In this document: piece after piece, positions 11,393-23,009 of the stretch | How the letters are laid out: each line of letters begins with the position of its first letter | How positions within the stretch are numbered: the stretch's first letter is position 1 | Position numbers and translations under genes: made by a program | The notes under the pieces: generated by a model | Told to the model about the DNA's origin: nothing | Database searches by the model: none | Seen by the model: only the letters and a program-made list of their open reading frames with translations | Assembly (NCBI GenBank): GCA_964563495.1 | Contig: CAZLYK010000070.1 | Location: forward strand, 1-27,775 | DNA length: 27,775 bases | From: an uncultured Heliobacteriaceae bacterium | GTDB lineage: Bacteria; Acidobacteriota; Blastocatellia; RBC074 | Direction: 5' to 3'

Positions 11393-11479
11393 AATGGACA
11401 GGATTGACGAGATTTTTGCAGGATTCGACAAGATAATATCCTGTCAAATCCTGCACAAATCTCGTCAATCCTGTCTATT
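11393..11479. repeat. Palindromic repeat element, copy D, full nested form (AATGGACAGGATTGACGAGATTTTTGCAGGATTCGACAAG-ATAAT-ATCCTGTCAAATCCTGCACAAATCTCGTCAATCCTGTCTATT). It lies between the nagA 3' end and the SDR start. The nagA stop codon TGA is inside its right arm.
   Basis: The inverted arms are ~38 nt, with about 3 mismatches. The nagA C-terminus ...RNRQD* is read from AAT AGA CAG GAT TGA of the element. Confidence 0.75.
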
Positions 11480-12643
11480 TCTCCGATAAGCGATTTGTCC
11501 GTCGACGATCGTCGCCTCGATTTCGAGGCTGGTCGTTTGATCGTCCCAATCAAACAAGACCAGATCTGCGCTGAATCCCGGGGCGATCGATCCATATTTG
11601 TCGCTCAAACCGAGAATCCGGGCCGGATTGCCGCTCGCCATCTGCAGTGCGTCATCGAGTGTCGCATCGGAAAAGGCGACGGTCTTGGCGACGGCTTCCT
11701 GCATCTCGAGGGCCGAACCAGCGAGATAAGGGGTGCCGGGCAGGCAGACTCTGCGCGTGGGGGTGAGTTCGACCTCGACCGCACCCAGCCGGTAACGCCC
11801 TGATGGGCGTCCCGCTGCGGCGATCGCGTCGGTCACCAGAATAGTGCGACCCGGCGTCTTGCAGCGGAGAAAGCATTTGACCACAGATGGCGGCAGATGA
11901 TGGCCGTCGACGATCAGGCTCGCCCATAGATCGTCGGTGGCCAGTTGTTCCCAGATGTAATTGGGGTGCCGGTCGATCCTGGCGTGCGAGCCGTTGCCCA
12001 GGTGAGTCGACAATTTCGCCCCGGCCCGAACAGCATCGGCAATCTGTTGGGGGCTCGCCGCGGTATGACCGATCGCCGCAATCACTCCCGCCTCGACTAG
12101 ACGCTCGATCAAGCCGGTTGCCTCTGGCCATTCCGGCGACAGGGTAACGATTCCGATCTTTCCGCGGGCTGTCTCCTGCCAGCGCCGAAACCGATCCCAA
12201 TCCGGCGGGCTCACGTGTTCGCGAGGATGCGCTCCGCGCGGCCCGTCTTCGGGCGAGATAAACGGGCCTTCCAGATGTATGCCCGGATGCGAGCGGGCAA
12301 CTTCCGTCGATTGCTCGGCCGCGCGCACGAGATTCGAGATGCATTTATCTATCTGTTCCGTTGAGCCGGTGATGATCGTCGGGCAGAAGGCAGTCACTCC
12401 GGTTCGCTTCAACGCGCGCGTCGCCGCTTCGATCTCTTCGACGGTTGTCTCGGGGAAGTTGAAATCCACTCCGTTGTAGCCGTTGATCTGGAGGTCGATC
12501 CAGCCCGGCGCGATGCGCAGGCTCGGGTCGCCGAGGTCGCAGCGTACCGATCGATCAGCGGGTCGCTGATCCGTGATCAGCCCGTCGACCATGGTCAGAT
12601 CCACAACCGTATTCCCGGCTCCGATCCTGCCTCTGATCTTCAT
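11465..12643 (-). CDS. nagA: N-acetylglucosamine-6-phosphate deacetylase family amidohydrolase (NagA-like).
   Basis: Blocks align to E. coli NagA: GWIDLQINGYNGVDFN (GFIDVQLNGCGGVQFN), IHLEGPFI (LHLEGPWL), STHLGNG and LVTDAIAAAG (LVTDATAPAG). The start ATG directly abuts the stop of the upstream small ORF (TGAATG). Confidence 0.85.
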   Translation of the reverse strand: MKIRGRIGAGNTVVDLTMVDGLITDQRPADRSVRCDLGDPSLRIAPGWIDLQINGYNGVDFNFPETTVEEIEAATRALKRTGVTAFCPTIITGSTEQIDKCISNLVRAAEQSTEVARSHPGIHLEGPFISPEDGPRGAHPREHVSPPDWDRFRRWQETARGKIGIVTLSPEWPEATGLIERLVEAGVIAAIGHTAASPQQIADAVRAGAKLSTHLGNGSHARIDRHPNYIWEQLATDDLWASLIVDGHHLPPSVVKCFLRCKTPGRTILVTDAIAAAGRPSGRYRLGAVEVELTPTRRVCLPGTPYLAGSALEMQEAVAKTVAFSDATLDDALQMASGNPARILGLSDKYGSIAPGFSADLVLFDWDDQTTSLEIEATIVDGQIAYRRNRQD

Positions 12644-12883
12644 TCAGGCTCCGATCCTGGTTATCCAATAACCCAAAGCAAGCAACAGGGCGACCCACAG
12701 CCAGGCCAGCAGGAAGCCGATGACATCCAGCCGGTAGTGACGATAGCTGAACTTGCCGGGCAATCTGAGCAGGTCCACAATCATGAGCGAATGACCCTCC
12801 TCCTCCAATCGGGAGTGGGGAATCGGTGGGACGATATCGGAGATGGATTCGGTCTCGACGCCGGTTGTCCGGTTTTGAACCAT
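12644..12883 (-). CDS. Small membrane protein (79 aa, C-terminal TM helix), hypothetical. It is translationally coupled between the symporter and nagA.
   Basis: GAGAGG lies 5 nt upstream of the ATG at 12883. It starts 9 nt after the symporter stop, and its stop abuts the nagA ATG. The C-terminal helix is VIGFLLAWLWVALLLALGYWI. It resembles the small accessory subunits often paired with SSS transporters, but I cannot confirm the family. Confidence 0.5.
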   Translation of the reverse strand: MVQNRTTGVETESISDIVPPIPHSRLEEEGHSLMIVDLLRLPGKFSYRHYRLDVIGFLLAWLWVALLLALGYWITRIGA

Positions 12884-12892
12884 GGGTGCCTC

Positions 12893-14370
<1,478 letters not shown>

Positions 14371-14374
<4 letters not shown>

Positions 14375-15351
14375 TGTTCAGATCCTCGCTTGACCGCAAT
14401 CAGAGAGATGCAAACCAGCGGCGGGTTCGCTCCCGTCCGGTCCGCTTTGGGAAAAGGTTGAACGGTTGTCCGTGTCGGTGGCGGAGTCGGAAAAAAGGTC
14501 GCGTATTTTTCGTTCATGAGCTTGAACTCGGCCATATCGTCGAGGTAAACATTGACGGCGACCGTCTCCGACAGACTCGCACCGTGGCTTTCCAGTCTGG
14601 CTTGCAGCTTTTGCATGACCGCCGTCAACTGATCTTCGACGTTTGCGGCAGTTGTCTCCGACTCGAGATTGCAGAAGACAATCCCGTCCGGCGGATCCGC
14701 TCTCGAAGCGATGGCCGAGAGACAGGCCGCCTTCTCTCCGGGCAGCGCACTGACCGGAATCATGGCCGAGATGTCCGTCCCGTAATCGTTGCGAAAGACG
14801 ACCCGGCTTTGATCGAGGCCCAACTCGGCGAGCGCGCGCATCAAATTATCGTTCGCTTCCGACCGATCCTGACCATAGACGCCGGAGAGGAAGACGCGAC
14901 CGCCGGCTTCGACTGCCGAGCTGGCGTGACCTGCCGGCCGCAGGCTGCTCAGGTTGATCGTTTTCTTGAGGCTCAGGTCGCGGATGGCCAGAGCCGTCAT
15001 CTCGACGTTGGTCTCTCCAGGCATTCTGGCCACCCCGATAACCACGCGAGCCGGTGGAGCCTGACCGAAGTAGCCGGCATAGACGCGATCGACCGGACCC
15101 AGATCACTGATCTTTTCCAGATAAAGCTGCAGATGGACGATATGCTCAAGCGTCAAACCCGCGGCTTCGACGATCGCCTTGACGTTCTTCAGGCATCGGT
15201 CGGCCTGGGCGGCGAGCCCTTCGGGAATTTTGCCCTCCGCGTCGCGCACGCCCTGTCCGGAGAGATAGAGGTAATCGCCAACCAGCAGACCAGGGCTGTA
15301 CGGACCGGCGGGCCTGGCGCCGTCGGCGGGAACAATCGGTTTGCGTTTCAT
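14371..15351 (-). CDS. Tandem RidA/YjgF (Rid family) domain protein, with two endoribonuclease-L-PSP-like domains.
   Basis: There are two ~130-aa units, each with YjgF-like blocks: GPYSPGLLVGDYLYLSGQ...VHLQLYL and a second GGRVFLSGVYG...NVYLDDM. I prefer the ATG at 15351 (MKRKPIV). The six-frame start at 15387 is a TTG inside a repeat copy. Confidence 0.8.
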
Positions 15352-15358
15352 CTTGATT

Positions 15359-15404
15359 AATAGACAGGATCGACAAGATTTCTGCAAGATTGAACGATAG
15401 GATC
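15359..15404. repeat. Partial (left-arm) copy of the palindromic repeat family (AATAGACAGGATCGACAAGATTTCTGCAAGATTGAACGATAGGATC). It lies immediately upstream of the RidA gene start.
   Basis: It matches the left arm of copies D and F at about 80%. The right arm is degenerate or absent. Confidence 0.55.
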
Positions 15405-15437
15405 TCCGGTCAAGGCTATATAAATCCTATTAATCGT

Positions 15438-15642
15438 CCTCACGTCAGGACACTTTTCTTGGCGTAGGGGAAACTAGCCGGGAAATTTAACCGCCAAGAA
15501 GCCAAGATCGCCAAGTCAACCAAGCAAAGAATGGTCATTTTAGTTGGGCCAATGGTCCGACCCCGGACCTCCTTGGCGTCTTTGCTGCTTGGCGGCTTGG
15601 CGATTTTTATACCTTAAGCATGTAAACTGTCCCGACGTGAGG
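15438..15642. mobile_element. MITE-like 205-bp element with 15-nt terminal inverted repeats (CCTCACGTCAGGACA / TGTCCCGACGTGAGG). It is flanked by AATCGT direct repeats. Inside is a long imperfect hairpin built from CCAAG/CTTGG repeats.
   Basis: The TIRs match 14/15. AATCGT is at 15432-15437 and again at 15645-15650. The interior pairs CGCCAAGAAGCCAAGATCGCCAAGTCAACCAAGCAAAG with CTTTGCTGCTTGGCGGCTTGGCG. It lies in the 5' leader of the S15 hydrolase gene, so a structured 5'-UTR RNA is an alternative reading. Confidence 0.4.
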
Positions 15643-15680
15643 TCAATCGTCTCTATTATCTTTGCATCGAGGTGACAACC

Positions 15681-17534
<1,854 letters not shown>

Positions 17535-17549
<15 letters not shown>

Positions 17550-17620
17550 CAGGATTGATGCAGGATTTGACAAGAAAGGTCTTGTCAAATCCTGCATCAA
17601 TCTTGTCGATCCTGTCTATT
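17535..17620. repeat. Palindromic repeat element, copy F, the best-preserved full nested form (AATAGACAGGATTGACAGGATTGATGCAGGATTTGACAAG-AAAGGT-CTTGTCAAATCCTGCATCAATCTTGTCGATCCTGTCTATT). It lies between the convergent S15 hydrolase and MFS genes.
   Basis: The arms are 40 nt with 2 mismatches. It contains the S15 hydrolase stop codon. The MFS gene stop is 4 nt beyond the other end. Confidence 0.8.
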
Positions 17621-17623
17621 AAT

Positions 17624-18919
<1,296 letters not shown>

Positions 18920-18990
18920 GACGCCTCCGTCTGGTTGTCATGCTGATTGAATGGTCTGCCGATGAAAAGCCCGCGTAGGATAATGCAGGC

Positions 18991-19020
18991 TTGACAACTT
19001 GGTCAAACCGTTCAGATAAT
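18991..19020 (+). promoter_or_regulatory. Candidate sigma70-like promoter (TTGACA, 18 nt, GATAAT) in the divergent MFS/TonB-receptor intergenic region. It overlaps a degenerate relic of the repeat's inner palindrome (TGCAGGCTTGACAACTTGGTCAAACC).
   Basis: It has hexamers with good consensus matches. Its orientation is toward the TonB receptor gene at 19306, giving a ~280-nt leader. Acidobacterial promoters are poorly defined, so confidence is low. Confidence 0.3.
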
Positions 19021-19305
19021 GCGCATCGTCGGCGTAATCAATCGATCCACCATGAATCAAGCCGGCGTGAGTGAGCCGGCATAAATGAGCTGGTCATATC
19101 CTTCGATCAGTCTCGCCGGCGTTGCTGGGACCGTAGCTAACCTGGACTTTCTTCAAACAATCGGCAATTGATAGAGCAATTCGCGTGGCCACACGAACTA
19201 GAATACCCAGAGGTTTGTGCCCGTCCGATTTGTTTATCGGCGCAGATTTGAGATCTGTGTTTTCAACAACCGACCGCGATTTCAGCAATTTCAGGAGGAT
19301 AACAT

Positions 19306-22300
19306 ATGAGTCCGAAACTCAGCTCAGAAAGCATGATTCGCCGGATGATATGCATGACCGGGGTGCTGCTGGTTCTGCTCGTCGTGACGCAGGCGGCGCA
19401 GGGGCAGGTGCTCTACGGTTCGCTCACCGGCAACGTGGTTGATAAAAATGGCGCGGTCGTCGCCGGCGCCACCGTTACGATCACAAACCAACAGACCGGC
19501 CAGTCGCGAGAAGGCGTGACCGACGTCAACGGCAGCTATGATTTCCCGACGGTCCAGGCCGGCACCTATACGATCAAAATCAGCAAGCAGGGTTTCAAAT
19601 CGGTGACCAAGGAGAATATCGCGGTCACGCTCAACACCGTCACGCGCGCCGATATTTCAGTCGAAGTCGGGCAGGTCAGCGAGACGGTGGTTATCACCGC
19701 CGAAGCCGCGCAGCTCAAGACCGACCGTGCGGAGGTCAGTGCCGAGCTGACCAGCCGCCCGCTCCGAGACCTGCCGGTCCCGCTCGGGCGCAACTACCAG
19801 AACCTCTTCAAGACGCTCCCCGGTTTTACTCCTCCGGAAGACGCGCATTCGGTTCCCTCGAATCCATCGCGTTCGCTGGTCTTCAATGTCAATGGCGCCA
19901 GCCGCTCGTCGAACAACACCCGGATTGACGGGATCAGTTCGACCAACATCTGGCTGCCGCACGTCACGGCATACGTGCCGGCGCTCGAAGCGATCGAGAC
20001 GGTCAATGTCGTCAGCAACAGCTTCGACGCCGAGCAGGGGTTGGCCGGCGGCGCGGCGATCAACGTCCAGATCAAGAGCGGAACCAATGAATTTCACGGC
20101 TCCGCGTTCGAATACCATTCCAATCAGGTGCTCAAGGCGAGAGATTATTTCCGTCCTCCGCAAAACGCCAAGGGCAAGTTCATCCAGAACCAGTACGGTG
20201 GAACGCTCGGCGGCCCGATCATGAAGAACAGGCTCTTCTTCTTCGGGAGCTACGAGGGAACCAAGAACCGTCAGAACGACAGCCGCATCGAGTCCGTCCC
20301 GACGGCGGCGATCCGGACCGGCGATTTCCGCGGGACAAACACCAACATCTACGATCCGTTGACCGGCAACGTGAACGGCACCGGCCGTACGATCATCAGC
20401 TGCAACGGCGTCCAGAATGTGATCTGCGCCGACCGGATCAGCCCGGCCATCAAAAAGATTCTGCCGCTCATCCCGCTGCCCAATCTGCCGGGCGAAGTCA
20501 ACAACTATTTTGCCTCGGCGGGTTTTCTCTTTGACCGCTGGACGATCGACAGCAAGGTCAACTGGAACGTCAACAGCAAGCTCAACATCTGGGGGCGCTA
20601 CAGCGTCCTCGACTTCTACACAGTCAATGAGACGGTCTTCGGCAAAGAGTTGCAGGGGCGCGCAATCAACAGCTCGAACCCCGGGACGGGACAGGGCAAG
20701 ACGCACAGCTTCTCCTTCGCCGGCGTCTATACCTTCACGCCGAGCTTCATCGTCGACGCAAATTTCGGGCTCTTCCGCCAGAACACGGACGTCGCGCAAT
20801 CCGACATCGCAGAGAAGCGGGGTCTGGATTTCCTGGGCATTCCGGGAACCAACGGGAGCCAGCCGTTTGAGGGTGGCTTCCCGTTTTTCGATCTGAGCAC
20901 GTATTCAGATTATGGGACGGTTGATACTTTCATGCCATACACGCGCCGGGACGATCAGTATCAGATCGTGGCTAACGCCAACTGGCTGAGGGGGGCGCAC
21001 AACATCCGCTTCGGCATGGATACTTATCGGCAGAAGCTGAACCACACACAGCCCGAATCGAGTGATACCAGCTTCGGCGCGCGCGGCGGCTTCCAGTTTA
21101 CCAACGGAGTGACTGCCCTTAGCGGTGGGGCGAATGGAAATCAGTACAATGGCTTCGCGGGGTTCCTTCTCGGACTGCCTTCGCGGATTGGTAAACTGAC
21201 GTTGACCGAGGCTCCATTCAGCACCCGCAACTGGCAGTACAGCTTTTACGGGCGCGATCAGTGGCAGGTCAACAAGAGCCTGACCTTCTCCTTCGGCACG
21301 CGCTGGGAATACTTCCCGGTTCCGACGCGCGCCGACCGCGGTCTCGAACGCTACAACGTCAATACCAACATGATGGAGATCGGCGGCGTCGGTTCGGTGC
21401 CGATGGACCTCGGCGTCGAGGTGAGCAAGCGCATGTTCGCCCCACGCATCGGTCTGGCCTACCGCATCACTTCGTCGTTTGTCGTCCGCGCCGGATACGG
21501 GTTGACCAACGATCCGTACGCGCTGGCGCGTCCGCTCCGGACCAATCACCCGGTCCTGCTCAACCTCAACAACGATGCGGTCAATGGGTTCCAGTATGTC
21601 AGCCGGCTGGAGCAGGGCATTCCGGTGGCCACTGCGCCCAGCCTGGGGAATGGGATCATCTCGATCCCGAGCAACGTCTCGGCGATCACGCTGCCCGACA
21701 AGTTCCAGCGCGGATACGTCCAATCGTGGAACCTCTCTCTCCAAAAGGAACTGAAGTGGGGCTTCACCGGTGAGATCGCCTATATCGGGACACGGCAGGT
21801 CAAGCAGATCGGCTTCGCGGAACTCAACTACGCCAACATCAACGGCGGCAACAATGGCCGTCAGCTCGTCCAGAAGTTCGGGCGCACCGCGACGACCCTC
21901 CTGGTGACGCCGATCGGCAACAGCCATTACGATGGAATGCAGGCCCGTCTCGATCGCCGGTTCAAGGACTTCTACCAGCTCGGCGTCAACTATACCTGGT
22001 CCAAGTCGATCACCACCTCGGGAGCTAACAACAGCGATGATAGTCTGCGGGTCAACATTCCGCAGTACTACTATCTCAATCGTTCGCTCAGCAGTTTCGA
22101 CCGCCCGCACAACCTGCAGATCACCAACCTGACCGAGCTCCCGTTCGGCAACGGACGGAAGTACTTGAATGGCAAGGGCGTGCTCTCGGCGGTTGTCGGA
22201 GGCTGGCAGGTCAACAACATCATCAGCCGGTTCAGCGGCGTGCCGTTCACCGTCACCTCGTCGGGAAGCACACTCAACGCACCGGGCAACAGCCAGACCG

Positions 22301-22662
22301 TAGACCTGATCAAGTCCAGTGTGGCCATCTTCGGCAACAACGGACCAGGGCAGAAATATTTCGATATCGACGCCTTCCGCGCCGTCGGGGCGGATCCTAA
22401 TACGGCCAACCGTGTCCGCTTCGGCACTGCCGGGTACAACATACTGCGCGGCCCGTCACGATTCCAGTGGGATTTCGGTCTCTTCCGGCAGTTCCGGGTG
22501 ACCGAGAGGTTCAATCTTCAGTTCCGCGCTGAAGGATTCAACTTCACCAATACCCCGCAATGGGGCAATCCGAACAGCAACCGCGACAGCTCCAGCTTCG
22601 GAGAGAATACCACCGTCAGCGGTGAACGAATTTTCCGATTCGGCCTGAGACTCGGTTTCTAA
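19306..22662 (+). CDS. TonB-dependent outer-membrane receptor, Oar-like, with an N-terminal carboxypeptidase-regulatory-like domain (1118 aa).
   Basis: AGGAGG lies 7 nt upstream of the ATG. There is a signal peptide. The CarbopepD_reg-like block is VVDKNGAVVAGATVTITNQQTGQSREGVTDVNGSYDFPTVQAGTYTIKISKQGF. A plug region (NVNGASRSSNNTRIDGIS) follows, then a long beta-barrel ending ...RFGLRLGF with a C-terminal Phe. Confidence 0.9.
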   Translation: MSPKLSSESMIRRMICMTGVLLVLLVVTQAAQGQVLYGSLTGNVVDKNGAVVAGATVTITNQQTGQSREGVTDVNGSYDFPTVQAGTYTIKISKQGFKSVTKENIAVTLNTVTRADISVEVGQVSETVVITAEAAQLKTDRAEVSAELTSRPLRDLPVPLGRNYQNLFKTLPGFTPPEDAHSVPSNPSRSLVFNVNGASRSSNNTRIDGISSTNIWLPHVTAYVPALEAIETVNVVSNSFDAEQGLAGGAAINVQIKSGTNEFHGSAFEYHSNQVLKARDYFRPPQNAKGKFIQNQYGGTLGGPIMKNRLFFFGSYEGTKNRQNDSRIESVPTAAIRTGDFRGTNTNIYDPLTGNVNGTGRTIISCNGVQNVICADRISPAIKKILPLIPLPNLPGEVNNYFASAGFLFDRWTIDSKVNWNVNSKLNIWGRYSVLDFYTVNETVFGKELQGRAINSSNPGTGQGKTHSFSFAGVYTFTPSFIVDANFGLFRQNTDVAQSDIAEKRGLDFLGIPGTNGSQPFEGGFPFFDLSTYSDYGTVDTFMPYTRRDDQYQIVANANWLRGAHNIRFGMDTYRQKLNHTQPESSDTSFGARGGFQFTNGVTALSGGANGNQYNGFAGFLLGLPSRIGKLTLTEAPFSTRNWQYSFYGRDQWQVNKSLTFSFGTRWEYFPVPTRADRGLERYNVNTNMMEIGGVGSVPMDLGVEVSKRMFAPRIGLAYRITSSFVVRAGYGLTNDPYALARPLRTNHPVLLNLNNDAVNGFQYVSRLEQGIPVATAPSLGNGIISIPSNVSAITLPDKFQRGYVQSWNLSLQKELKWGFTGEIAYIGTRQVKQIGFAELNYANINGGNNGRQLVQKFGRTATTLLVTPIGNSHYDGMQARLDRRFKDFYQLGVNYTWSKSITTSGANNSDDSLRVNIPQYYYLNRSLSSFDRPHNLQITNLTELPFGNGRKYLNGKGVLSAVVGGWQVNNIISRFSGVPFTVTSSGSTLNAPGNSQTVDLIKSSVAIFGNNGPGQKYFDIDAFRAVGADPNTANRVRFGTAGYNILRGPSRFQWDFGLFRQFRVTERFNLQFRAEGFNFTNTPQWGNPNSNRDSSSFGENTTVSGERIFRFGLRLGF

Positions 22663-22667
22663 CCCGG

Positions 22668-22716
22668 AAAATAGACAGGATTGACAAGATTTTTTTCTTG
22701 TCAATCCTGTCTATTT
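22668..22716. repeat. Palindromic repeat element, copy G, a short form (AATAGACAGGATTGACAAG-ATTTTTTT-CTTGTCAATCCTGTCTATT). It lies 5 nt after the first TonB receptor stop.
   Basis: It has perfect 19-nt inverted arms with an 8-nt loop that is A/T-only. It could act as a 3' hairpin or terminator, since the loop/flank is T-rich on the plus strand (GTCTATTTAAAT). Confidence 0.8.
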
Positions 22717-22994
22717 AAATCCAAAAATCTAAAATTTATCCATAAAAATGGATGTATTTTTGGATAGAGAAAGACGCGCCTGCCTATAAGTTAAAGCCTA
22801 TCAACACAAAGATTTGACCCGAGATTTGGGCATAAGTCTTGCCTTTTAATTTACGTCACATCAATACAAGCTCGCCTCCTGGACAGTCCGGACAAATTAG
22901 TAAGGATTGAAGAGGCGAGCCCCATCACCGGTATACGAACAAAAATTAATACGGAAGACAGCGCCCTGATAGTCCATGTTTAGGCGAAACCCCT
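22717..22994 (+). promoter_or_regulatory. AT-rich (~40% GC) 280-bp intergenic/leader region upstream of the second TonB receptor. It contains the palindrome ATCCATAAAAATGGAT (22738-22753) and a GCTCGCCTC...GAGGCGAGC stem. The promoter and regulatory site are uncharacterised.
   Basis: There is a marked compositional drop relative to the flanking ~62% GC. Palindromic motifs are present. No ORF and no tRNA-like sequence is present. Confidence 0.4.
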
Positions 22995-23009
22995 TTGGAG
23001 GACCATGTC

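Noticed and set aside
11365-11595. Upstream extension of the SDR ORF to 11595.
   Set aside because: The extension lacks SDR homology and runs through the palindromic repeat. The canonical SDR N-terminus (MNKQDLSGRIAVVTGASSGIG) begins at the ATG at 11364.
22717-22994. Possible tRNA, small ORF or riboswitch in the AT-rich island.
   Set aside because: No cloverleaf-compatible sequence is present, such as a GTTCGAATC-like T-arm or an acceptor/anticodon pairing. The only ORF is 13 codons. I recognise no B12, TPP or other conserved riboswitch core by eye. The region is kept only as a generic regulatory candidate.
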